Part shown: in pieces, positions 55,675 through 63,538 of the stretch
How positions within the stretch are numbered: the first letter of the stretch is position 1
Layout: every line of letters starts with the position of its first letter
Virus record (IMG/VR): IMGVR_UViG_3300042389_001478
Span: 128,498-192,497 of that record
Direction: 5' to 3' (one strand)
Source: a virus
DNA: 64,000 nt
Made by a program: the position numbers and the translations under genes
Notes under the pieces: generated by a model
What the model was told of the DNA's origin: nothing
The model's database searches: none
Seen by the model: only the letters and a program-made list of their open reading frames with translations

Positions 55675-56015
55675 TGATTTTTGTTCCTAGATAAAAAATA
55701 GTTCATAGCGTTAGTAATGCCTATCATATTATCTCCAAGTTTACCTATGCCAGTATTGCATGGTTCGCACAACCATCCTCTAAAAGTATTATCGTCATGA
55801 TCATGATCTAAACACCATTTGTATGGTATTTTTTTACAACACTCACAAACTTCTGGTTTTGGTGGAGCTTTTTTATGTAGTTTGCTTCTTATCTTGGAAT
55901 GTTTTTTAACACATTTTCGACATCTACTATCAAGATTATCCTTGTACATACTGTGTTTGGGAAAACTTGCCTTGTTTTTTCTTTTCAAACAGTATGAACA
56001 AATTTTTCTGGACAT
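55671..56015 (-). CDS. Endonuclease VII-family nuclease
   Basis: CECC...LDHDH...RGWLC..CN..IGKLGDN. Confidence 0.88.
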   Translation of the reverse strand: MSRKICSYCLKRKNKASFPKHSMYKDNLDSRCRKCVKKHSKIRSKLHKKAPPKPEVCECCKKIPYKWCLDHDHDDNTFRGWLCEPCNTGIGKLGDNMIGITNAMNYFLSRNKNQ

Positions 56016-56017
56016 AA

Positions 56018-56575
56018 TTATACTTGAATAGAAATTAGTTCTTCAATTTTTCTTAAGTTTTTAGCCTCAATAACATATGCTCCATGTAAAGACTTTATTT
56101 CTCCACCATATGGTTTTGACGGCAGATCATTATCATTAGCCCATCCAACAAGATATGTTTTATATGGTCTTTCCTTTGGAACTAATGCCAATACATAAAT
56201 CCAGTTTGCGTGTCTTTCTTTTGGCCGAACCAATAATCTATAATTGAGAGGATTGTTAGAATATCTCATTAGACTACCTTTAATGTCCACATTAGGTAGT
56301 CCAACTATATCTACTCCATTGTCTCCAGCGAGAGGATTAGAATTTGCTTTGTCTCTTGCTTTAATATATCCCTCTGAAGAACCAGTAAGGATCATCGACG
56401 CACAATAGGTTGATATTTGTCCAACCAACTGATCTTCTGCTAAATTAGATGCTCTCTTATCGGAGTTTCTGATTTGAGATTTTCCCCCAATTTCTGCTTT
56501 TTTAGCATTAGATATTATCAATTGAGTAAATTCTGCATCTACAGTATGTGAGATTACGTCATTAGAATTTATCAT
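56018..56575 (-). CDS. Hypothetical protein, possible PD-(D/E)XK fold
   Basis: D.GVD....VDIK pattern. Confidence 0.45.
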   Translation of the reverse strand: MINSNDVISHTVDAEFTQLIISNAKKAEIGGKSQIRNSDKRASNLAEDQLVGQISTYCASMILTGSSEGYIKARDKANSNPLAGDNGVDIVGLPNVDIKGSLMRYSNNPLNYRLLVRPKERHANWIYVLALVPKERPYKTYLVGWANDNDLPSKPYGGEIKSLHGAYVIEAKNLRKIEELISIQV

Positions 56576-56583
56576 AATATAAG

Positions 56584-56936
56584 TGGACGATTGGGGAATC
56601 GAACCCCGTCCAGTGTAAATGCCTATATAAACTTCTACATTGTTAGTTACTTGTTATCACACAAATAACAAAGCTATCAGAATTATCTGAGTCAGATTGA
56701 GTACAATCATCATTCCCATTTATGTCTGGTAGAACTACCATATCCGATTATCGGAGTCATCATGATTTGGTAATAAGGCTCATGCCGCCCCACTCATTAC
56801 CTAATTAATTAGGCAGCGAGAGCGAGAGTTGAAACTTCGCCAATTAACATTTTAAATCGACTTTTATACTGGCCCGTCGATCAACCAGTCAATGCAATTT
56901 ATATTTCTTTTTACCTGTCGATACCAGGAATCGCCC
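56584..56936 (-). ncRNA. ssrA: tmRNA; tag (A)GEVSTLALAA at 56841-56809
   Basis: 5' GGGCGAT pairs with 3' ATCGTCC-A including G3-U70; TCGACAGG after the D-like loop; T arm GGGGTTCGATTCCCC; tag ends LALAA-TAA followed by CCTAATTAATTAGG hairpin. Confidence 0.95.
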
Positions 56937-56937
56937 G

Positions 56938-57120
56938 TTATTTAGTATACCCCCAAACTTTTGGTTTGATGTGAATTTCTGGTTGTCTTTCTATAATAAT
57001 CCTGGCTGGCTTGTTTGCCAACTTTTTAAGCTTTTGTATCTCAATGTTCAAAAGAATATTAAATCCTAGTGAAGTTAGAAATAACCCTGCAAAAATGGCT
57101 GTTAGAGGTTGTAATCTCAT
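56938..57120 (-). CDS. Small membrane-anchored protein (start revised to MRLQP)
   Basis: Hydrophobic N-terminus; the earlier track start lies inside the tRNA. Confidence 0.55.
   Translation of the reverse strand: MRLQPLTAIFAGLFLTSLGFNILLNIEIQKLKKLANKPARIIIERQPEIHIKPKVWGYTK
56946..56953 (-). promoter_or_regulatory. GGGGTATA variant 10 nt upstream of the tmRNA 5' end
   Basis: Spacing fits a -10-like element. Confidence 0.55.
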
Positions 57121-57144
57121 GATAATTCCCTTTACCGTATTAAA

Positions 57145-57224
57145 TACTCCTGCTTGGAATCGAACCAAGTCCCCTTTCGGATTACCTTATAAGAGTAACT
57201 GCCGGGAACCACCGGCACAGGAGC
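57145..57224 (-). tRNA. trnI: Atypical tRNA-Ile(UAU)
   Basis: GCTCCTG/CAGGAGT-A acceptor; TGCCGG/CCGGCA D arm; TTACT-CTTATAA-GGTAA anticodon arm; CCGAAAGG variable hairpin; CTTGG-TTCGATT-CCAAG T arm; consensus promoter 9 nt upstream. Confidence 0.85.
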
Positions 57225-57232
57225 GTAGTCTT

Positions 57233-57261
57233 ATTGTATACTATCGACCAACCACTGTCAA
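57233..57261 (-). promoter_or_regulatory. sigma70-type promoter of tRNA-Ile
   Basis: TTGACA-N17(CGATAG)-TACAAT. Confidence 0.88.
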
Positions 57262-57266
57262 GACCT

Positions 57267-57422
57267 TTAGGAATTTTGCTGTGACTCTAGTTTATTTAAT
57301 CTTTCATTAATTTTATCTAGAGCCAATGCCGCCTCTCCACAAGCCTTACATAAGTCGGAATATAAATATTCCTTTAAATCATGAATCTGATCTTTTAATT
57401 CTTCTATTTCTGTTTTTGGCAT
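57267..57422 (-). CDS. 51-aa coiled-coil protein (not in the ORF track)
   Basis: MPKTEIEELKDQIHDLKEYLYSDLCKACGEAALALDKINERLNKLESQQNS. Confidence 0.55.
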   Translation of the reverse strand: MPKTEIEELKDQIHDLKEYLYSDLCKACGEAALALDKINERLNKLESQQNS

Positions 57423-57425
57423 TAA

Positions 57426-57794
57426 TTATTCCATATTTGATGGCTTTGTGGGGATGTTCGTTTTGTCTTTATTTGCCAACCAAAATACCATTTCATTAGA
57501 GTCATTATCCCAAGCACATTCTACAAAACCTTTTGAAGCTAGTTTTGCTAGTCCAACACCATACAGCCAATCTCTAATCTCATTAAATACATCATCAAAA
57601 ATTTGCTCATTGATTAGATAGTTCCCTTCTTCATCAAGACCAAGATTATTTTTTTCGATCATGTTGATGACTTGATCAACAGAGATAAAATCATCCAAAT
57701 TTTCACTATAATCTTTTTCAAAAGAAGAGGCAGCACCCTCTCTCATAGCTTTTGCATATCCTTCCAAATCAATGATACTGTAACTTTCCATCAT
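57426..57794 (-). CDS. Hypothetical protein (paralog of 37209..37631)
   Basis: GFVECAWDNDSNEMVFW. Confidence 0.65.
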   Translation of the reverse strand: MMESYSIIDLEGYAKAMREGAASSFEKDYSENLDDFISVDQVINMIEKNNLGLDEEGNYLINEQIFDDVFNEIRDWLYGVGLAKLASKGFVECAWDNDSNEMVFWLANKDKTNIPTKPSNME

Positions 57795-57808
57795 TTTTCC
57801 AATTCCAA

Positions 57809-58090
57809 TTAAAGATATTTTGTAGTACCCTTGCCGCTCTCACTAATTTTACACCGCTCCAACAGATTGTCAATAGTGTTCTGTAAACTATACTCTCCCC
57901 TACTTAGCCACTTTTTATCCTCATAAAGAGCAGTGGTAATTTGAGGCAGATAGAACTGGATAGCTCGTTCAAATTCTTCTGGAAAATAAGTTTTCAAAAT
58001 TCGTTCGACTTGAAATAATGAAGATACAATTTCATCACGGTGATCAACTAAGCTATTAATTTGATCTCTTTGTTCTTGAGTTAAACTCAT
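57809..58090 (-). CDS. Hypothetical protein
   Basis: Operonic ORF. Confidence 0.55.
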   Translation of the reverse strand: MSLTQEQRDQINSLVDHRDEIVSSLFQVERILKTYFPEEFERAIQFYLPQITTALYEDKKWLSRGEYSLQNTIDNLLERCKISESGKGTTKYL

Positions 58091-58091
58091 A

Positions 58092-58496
58092 TTAAGCCTC
58101 TACTTTTGGTTTTAGTTTCATAAGCTTGTGCTTAATCTTCCAAACATGAGTCTCTTTGTTTTGAATATCTGGCCCCATATAAATATGACAGAAGCCTTGG
58201 TGCTTGTCCAGCCCCCATGCTTTAATTCCATGCTGGTCGATCCCCTCGACAACAAAACGACCCCTATAACCCATCGGAATGAACTCAGCACCCCTCACAA
58301 AGTACGGGCCTCCACCAACTCTAATTCTATCTCCCTTAATCAGTTCCTTCCAATTAAAGTCACGAATAATCTTTGTGTTCTTTGCTTCTTTGCTCTTTGC
58401 CTTAAAAACGAACGGAGCATTGCACTTAGGACACATATAAGCTCGCGGGCCTGTGGTAGCTCCACATTTTTCACAAGTTTTTTGACCCTTACCCAT
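58092..58496 (-). CDS. Zinc-ribbon protein
   Basis: CEKCG...CPKC; SD CAGGAG; promoter upstream. Confidence 0.65.
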   Translation of the reverse strand: MGKGQKTCEKCGATTGPRAYMCPKCNAPFVFKAKSKEAKNTKIIRDFNWKELIKGDRIRVGGGPYFVRGAEFIPMGYRGRFVVEGIDQHGIKAWGLDKHQGFCHIYMGPDIQNKETHVWKIKHKLMKLKPKVEA

Positions 58497-58532
58497 TTTC
58501 TTTTCTCCTGTGTTTGTTGACGTTACACCCTA

Positions 58533-58560
58533 AGTATATCTCAGTTATCGGCACTGTCAA
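58533..58560 (-). promoter_or_regulatory. sigma70-type promoter
   Basis: TTGACA-N16(CGATAA)-TATACT. Confidence 0.82.
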
Positions 58561-58608
58561 GAGGGAATCTTTAGAGTGTTCACGAATTTTTCTTTTTAGT
58601 CACTAATT

Positions 58609-59019
58609 TTAGACGACATAACCCTCTTTTTCTGCTTCGCTATCGCAAAGAGTTTTAATCCATGCAGGAATAGGCTCACCACCTTCATCATTTTTCCTTT
58701 GTTTGCGAAGTTTTCCCTTTTCTCCAGTAACTTCACAAGTAATATAGCTCATACTTTCTGCCATCTCTATTGCTCCTTTAATAAAATCATCAGCACCATA
58801 AGCATAAGACCTTAATCCTCCAAACTTTTCTTTTATCTGTTGCCAGCAAAATAAGTCTAGAGGTTCATTAAGTTTTTTCTTGCGAACGAGATGATTATCT
58901 ACAATATAACATAGCTTTGATAGTATATTAAACCATCCATCCCCACACTCTATCCATGTCAGATTTTTAAACTGATCTGGATATGCTGAGATTAATTTAT
59001 CTGTTAGTTCAGGACTCAT
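58609..59019 (-). CDS. Conserved phage protein
   Basis: CGDGW...QIKEKFGGLR...S..TCE..G family pattern. Confidence 0.7.
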   Translation of the reverse strand: MSPELTDKLISAYPDQFKNLTWIECGDGWFNILSKLCYIVDNHLVRKKKLNEPLDLFCWQQIKEKFGGLRSYAYGADDFIKGAIEMAESMSYITCEVTGEKGKLRKQRKNDEGGEPIPAWIKTLCDSEAEKEGYVV

Positions 59020-59281
59020 CGTAGTCTACCTTGTGTATAATTCGTGTTCCAAGATGAGCGTTGCTTAACTCTGTACTATCGTTCATAGATTCGCTACAAA
59101 TTCTTTCAAATTCTTTTCGTCCAATCTTTCGACCGTCAAGAATAGTTTCGTCAAGATGTTTTTGAGTCAGTTCTTCTGGCTTATCAATCAATACAGTATC
59201 ATATGCGTGTTCAAGACTCTTAGCCTCAATAACATACTTATGACGAAACAAAGAAACGGTATTAACTTCAAAAAGTGGCAT
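59009..59281 (-). CDS. Hypothetical protein
   Basis: Operonic ORF. Confidence 0.55.
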   Translation of the reverse strand: MPLFEVNTVSLFRHKYVIEAKSLEHAYDTVLIDKPEELTQKHLDETILDGRKIGRKEFERICSESMNDSTELSNAHLGTRIIHKVDYDES

Positions 59282-59291
59282 TATAATCTCC

Positions 59292-59513
59292 TTAGTCTAT
59301 GTTGATATTATATTCAGTAACTAATCTGTGAAATTCTGATCTAATCTTGTCAAGAGCATCACCCGCATCGGTAAAATCATTGCTATATTTCTGCCAAGAC
59401 CGTAGCTGTTGAGAAAAATCCCACAACATTCTTTTAGCATCACTGGCTTGAATAGCAGTATCAAATTCATATTGTTCTTCTGGTAGCTTAAATTTTAAAG
59501 TTGCTATTGGCAT
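59292..59513 (-). CDS. Hypothetical protein
   Basis: Operonic ORF with SD. Confidence 0.6.
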   Translation of the reverse strand: MPIATLKFKLPEEQYEFDTAIQASDAKRMLWDFSQQLRSWQKYSNDFTDAGDALDKIRSEFHRLVTEYNINID

Positions 59514-59515
59514 AA

Positions 59516-59734
59516 TTACCTAGCTCTCCTGTTGGCTCTATCTAAAATCCTAATAGTTTCTTTAGCGTTCGCTGGACACATTACAAGTTGTGGTGCTGTT
59601 TTATGTCCATAATCCATAAAACCCACGGCTTTATTCTCTACGCTACACTCTTTACAAACAATATTGCGATTAGTTTCAATCAAGAATTCATATCTCTCAA
59701 CTCCAACGCAATTTTTGCAATAAATACAATTCAT
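59516..59734 (-). CDS. DksA/TraR-like C4 zinc-finger protein
   Basis: CIYC...ERYEFL......CKEC. Confidence 0.55.
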   Translation of the reverse strand: MNCIYCKNCVGVERYEFLIETNRNIVCKECSVENKAVGFMDYGHKTAPQLVMCPANAKETIRILDRANRRAR

Positions 59735-59769
59735 CTTGTCTCCAAAAAGAATGGGCTGGCAATGCTTCT

Positions 59770-59797
59770 TTTATACCATAGGTATCGGAGTTGTCAA
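59770..59797 (-). promoter_or_regulatory. sigma70-type promoter
   Basis: TTGACA-N16(CGATAC)-TATAAA. Confidence 0.78.
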
Positions 59798-59814
59798 CAG
59801 GCAGACTTTAGAAA

Positions 59815-60117
59815 CTATTTGTGCTTCTTTTTCTTTTTTATATTTCTATCTAGATGATCTAAATATAGGTCTTGATGAAGCTGTTCGTGCTTCTGCTTTT
59901 CTTTGCGTAATTTTTTATGTTTTTTGTCTTCTACCAGCTTAATTTTAATAGCTTTTGTACCAGAGTATATCATGAAAATAGGAACAAATAAAATCATCAA
60001 GAGTATAACATACGAAAAATAAAATAGTATTTTACCCAAGTATCCCAAACAAATAATACAGTAATATGAAAACGGAGCTTCTCTCTTAAAATATTCCATC
60101 CATTCTGGCTCAAACAT
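59815..60117 (-). CDS. Membrane protein with basic tail (start revised to MFEPEW)
   Basis: Long hydrophobic segment, Lys-rich end. Confidence 0.5.
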   Translation of the reverse strand: MFEPEWMEYFKREAPFSYYCIICLGYLGKILFYFSYVILLMILFVPIFMIYSGTKAIKIKLVEDKKHKKLRKEKQKHEQLHQDLYLDHLDRNIKKKKKHK

Positions 60118-60562
60118 AAGATGTCTCTGCCATGCTGTTAATCTTGATAGTTTTGGTAGGACAAACAAAGTTACCGTCATCATCACTATAATAAATCTGA
60201 GTAAGGCCCACGGCACTCAATAGCTTAGAACAATTAGAGCATGGTCTGCTTCCAAGGATTAATCCCTGTCTGTTAATTCGTAAGACACATATGCTCCAAT
60301 TAGGATCAATGGAGTTATAGCGATCAAGTAATTTAGAAATAAGATGAGACTCACTATGAACATAAGGATACTCCAAGTATTTGGGGATATTAAATCTTTT
60401 TCCTATTCTGAAAGCTTTCGTACTCATCTTGACAGGATTATTCTGAGCAAACTCAATCATTTTAGTGCCGTCAAAAGCGGCACAATAATGATAACAACGA
60501 ACTAGAGGATTGGGTTCCCAATTTTCGTATGCTTTTTTAATAGTCTTATAAATAATTTTCAT
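60110..60562 (-). CDS. Second zinc-dependent (cytidine-deaminase-like) deaminase
   Basis: VHSE...SRPCSNC...IYYS. Confidence 0.78.
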   Translation of the reverse strand: MKIIYKTIKKAYENWEPNPLVRCYHYCAAFDGTKMIEFAQNNPVKMSTKAFRIGKRFNIPKYLEYPYVHSESHLISKLLDRYNSIDPNWSICVLRINRQGLILGSRPCSNCSKLLSAVGLTQIYYSDDDGNFVCPTKTIKINSMAETSYV

Positions 60563-60567
60563 TATAT

Positions 60568-60717
60568 TTACTTAGATGCCAACATATATAAACCAACATT
60601 TGCTCCCGCATATCCAAGGTATGCTATAAACATACCATAATTATTATGTAGATAACCCTGTTCTATTGCTATGTAAAGATATATTATGCCAGTAATAAGA
60701 ATAAGGTTAGCTGACAT
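60568..60717 (-). CDS. 49-aa membrane protein (not in the ORF track)
   Basis: MSANLILITGIIYLYIAIEQG...GANVGLYMLASK. Confidence 0.55.
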   Translation of the reverse strand: MSANLILITGIIYLYIAIEQGYLHNNYGMFIAYLGYAGANVGLYMLASK

Positions 60718-60718
60718 T

Positions 60719-60865
60719 TTAGTTCTTCTCTATGGGGATATAGCGAGTACCATCAGCAGCAACCTGCTCCTGACCAATAGTAATCTTCTTATCTTCCTTT
60801 AGCAAGTTAATGATTGCTTGAGTATTAACATTAGGACTAATTGAAATTGCACCGATTTGAGCCAT
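60719..60865 (-). CDS. 48-aa protein (not in the ORF track)
   Basis: SD AGGAG; MAQIGAISISPNVNTQ... Confidence 0.55.
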   Translation of the reverse strand: MAQIGAISISPNVNTQAIINLLKEDKKITIGQEQVAADGTRYIPIEKN

Positions 60866-60881
60866 AATTATCTCCTTATAT

Positions 60882-61793
60882 TTAAGAAACACAGTTTAGT
60901 AACGAATCATATTTTGCAAGAGCCAAGTCTTTTGCTTTTAGTTCTAGATCAATATCAAACTCAAGACCATAATTATCAAAAGTATTTTCTGGATAATCTG
61001 CGTGTGCCCTTGGATTATTTCCTTCTCTACTTTCACTATAATGAAAAAGCGGTCTAGTTTGCCAAGTATCCCAACACATATTAATAGCCTCACGTTCTGT
61101 AAGACCATTTGGGTGGCACTTATGATGCAAATAGTCGAAGCAGATTGGAATACGAGTTATCGGATGAAAAATATCTACTAATTCTTTCACGCTCCAGCAG
61201 TTAAGTTTGTCATCGTTTTCGATTGTGATGCGAGCCTGACAATTATCGTCTAGTTTTTTAAAGTTGCTGTAGAACCTGTGGGCGATTTCTTCTCTAGTAC
61301 CATTATTATTATGAATATGGAAATTCATTGGCGATCTACGATCTGCTGGAAGTCCAATTCTGTCAAAGAAACTGCTGTAGAAATTGAGTTCTGTAATGGT
61401 TTTTTCGACAACTTTTTCGTTGAGACTAGCCAGACTGTTAAATTCACTTGGATGAGCAGAAACGCGAACGCTAGTAGAGGAAATAGTTTCTGAAAGATTG
61501 TCAAACGCATCTTGTATTTCGTCATAATTAGGCAAATCTTCAAGGCTTACATTAGCTTCATCGTATGTAATTAGGGGGAAAATATCGCTACTTACACGAT
61601 AAACATAGTTATTCTCTGCACAAAATTGAATTGTTTTATTGGTTACTTCCAGATTGTTTTGGATTCTATCACCAAGAATCTCTACTGCTTCTTCTCGTGG
61701 CAAAGAATTGAATCGTTTAAAGGTCATAGTCTGATGACCAAATCCCTGTTCTTTAAGCTTGAGGGATATGCAACATAATCCAAGTTTATTCAT
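60882..61793 (-). CDS. uvsE: UV damage endonuclease (start revised to MNKLG)
   Basis: LGLCCI, YRVSSDIFP, SAHPSEF, IENDDK, FDYLHH, HAD, ELKAKD. Confidence 0.92.
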   Translation of the reverse strand: MNKLGLCCISLKLKEQGFGHQTMTFKRFNSLPREEAVEILGDRIQNNLEVTNKTIQFCAENNYVYRVSSDIFPLITYDEANVSLEDLPNYDEIQDAFDNLSETISSTSVRVSAHPSEFNSLASLNEKVVEKTITELNFYSSFFDRIGLPADRRSPMNFHIHNNNGTREEIAHRFYSNFKKLDDNCQARITIENDDKLNCWSVKELVDIFHPITRIPICFDYLHHKCHPNGLTEREAINMCWDTWQTRPLFHYSESREGNNPRAHADYPENTFDNYGLEFDIDLELKAKDLALAKYDSLLNCVS

Positions 61794-61811
61794 AGCGTCT
61801 CCTGTGCTGAG

Positions 61812-61840
61812 ATTATATCCTAGTATCGTCAAGTTGTCAA
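61812..61840 (-). promoter_or_regulatory. sigma70-type promoter of uvsE
   Basis: TTGACA-N17(CGATAC)-TATAAT. Confidence 0.9.
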
Positions 61841-61854
61841 GCCAGACTTGAGAA

Positions 61855-62487
61855 TTATTCGTATTCAACCAGCAATGCTTGTCGAATAGGATCGGTAAGA
61901 TTATATCTATCTAAATAAAAAGATAGTTCAGGATTAAAGGTATTGGGCATATGCTCTAATACTCTTTCTGAGTAAATAGGATTCTTAGGTCTTTTCCTAA
62001 GCTCTCTATTTATATGATAAGACCACAAATAAGCATTAGCTGCCCGGATATATTTGTCGGTATCAAAATCCTCAATAGGACAATTTTTGACTAATTTAAG
62101 AACTCTTTTTTCACAATCGTGTTCAAGTTCTAAAATGTCGTGCAAACTTTGGTCTAGTTCTTGTTCACTAATCTTACAGTCTTTGATAAAAGAACTATAA
62201 ACAAATACGGGATAATTAATCCAATCAAACAATACATCATAAGTTAATTGGCTTTTGTCCCATAATTTACGATCATATTTCCATTGAAGAAAATGACAGT
62301 ATTCATGAATTAATATCTCAAATCCCATGTGATGTTTTAAGGCCACAACCAATTCCCTATCCCCTTCTTCTGCACCAAACCATCCACCAAAACCATCTAT
62401 ATTGTCTTTATTATGTAGCATTACAGAGAATCCATGATCAATTAATTCTCTGACAATTTTAATAGTTAAGTTAGATTTGGTTTCCAT
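61855..62487 (-). CDS. HExxH metallopeptidase-like protein
   Basis: ILIHEYCHFLQ and downstream ELEHDCE. Confidence 0.6.
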   Translation of the reverse strand: METKSNLTIKIVRELIDHGFSVMLHNKDNIDGFGGWFGAEEGDRELVVALKHHMGFEILIHEYCHFLQWKYDRKLWDKSQLTYDVLFDWINYPVFVYSSFIKDCKISEQELDQSLHDILELEHDCEKRVLKLVKNCPIEDFDTDKYIRAANAYLWSYHINRELRKRPKNPIYSERVLEHMPNTFNPELSFYLDRYNLTDPIRQALLVEYE

Positions 62488-62490
62488 ATA

Positions 62491-62679
62491 TCACACTAAT
62501 TGCCCCTGCTCGTTAACAACAGAATATATCTTCAATACTTTAAGATCTGGCTCAAAATATTCATGAAATTTTTCTATAGCTTGTTCTCTTGAGGATTCAA
62601 AAAAAGAACCATGAAGAATAAGACTTTGACCATCTGAGTCTTGTAATTGTCCAGTTACAATGTATTCTTTTTTTACCAT
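62491..62679 (-). CDS. Hypothetical protein
   Basis: Operonic ORF. Confidence 0.5.
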   Translation of the reverse strand: MVKKEYIVTGQLQDSDGQSLILHGSFFESSREQAIEKFHEYFEPDLKVLKIYSVVNEQGQLV

Positions 62680-63305
62680 CCTAAAGCCTCCGATGTTATA
62701 GGAAATTGTTGTTTAAAAATCTCTTTTGCTTCATTAGCAATAGCCATATGTTCTTTTTGAGTACCATTAGCTGATCGTAATTGAATCCAATGAATAAATG
62801 AGCGAATACTACCAGACATATAAAGTCTAGTTGGCGTTGCCAAAGGTAGAACAAATCTAGCACATTCTTTGGCTACTCCATCAGCAATCATGCCATCATA
62901 AATAGACTTTGCTTTAGCAAAATGTTCTCTAATTTTCATACCCCATTTTGCTCTAATTTCATCAGAAATATCATCAATACTATTTTGACGATTCTTATTA
63001 TCCTGTCTGCGTAATTCAAATAGCGGAATTTCTTCTGCTAACAATGTTGTATCAGCATATCTCTGTGAGAATTCTTGAAATGTAAAACTTCTGTGTCTTA
63101 GGATTTGTGCAGCTAGTCCTCTGGTGGTATTAATCTCGACCGTTAAGAAAGCTTGTTCAAATATACTCCAATGTTGGTTTTTAATACAGTAGCCCAACAG
63201 CTTTGCATAATCATCACGATCTTGTCCATTAGGATTACTTACTCTGGCACAATACGCCATAAGTTTTTCTGCGTCTGGAGTTACACTAATTAGTTTTACA
63301 CTCAT
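62673..63305 (-). CDS. thyX: FAD-dependent thymidylate synthase
   Basis: HWSIFEQ, RHRSFTFQEFSQRY, ARFVLP. Confidence 0.96.
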   Translation of the reverse strand: MSVKLISVTPDAEKLMAYCARVSNPNGQDRDDYAKLLGYCIKNQHWSIFEQAFLTVEINTTRGLAAQILRHRSFTFQEFSQRYADTTLLAEEIPLFELRRQDNKNRQNSIDDISDEIRAKWGMKIREHFAKAKSIYDGMIADGVAKECARFVLPLATPTRLYMSGSIRSFIHWIQLRSANGTQKEHMAIANEAKEIFKQQFPITSEALGW

Positions 63306-63538
63306 ACTTGATCCTCTGTATATGATATTTCAAACTCTTCTAATGGACAAAGTTCTTCATCCCAAAATCCATTCTTTAGTCCTCTACCAAGAATATGTCC
63401 AGCTTTTAGCCAAACGGCATAGTCATCAACAGCCATTCTCTTTAAAGTTCTTCCCCAATCGCATATTGTAGCATCAAAAACTTCCGTACCAGCATCAAAC
63501 CATTCATCTGTCTTAGAAACAAACTTAATGTATTTCAT
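63302..63538 (-). CDS. Hypothetical protein
   Basis: Operonic ORF. Confidence 0.55.
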   Translation of the reverse strand: MKYIKFVSKTDEWFDAGTEVFDATICDWGRTLKRMAVDDYAVWLKAGHILGRGLKNGFWDEELCPLEEFEISYTEDQV

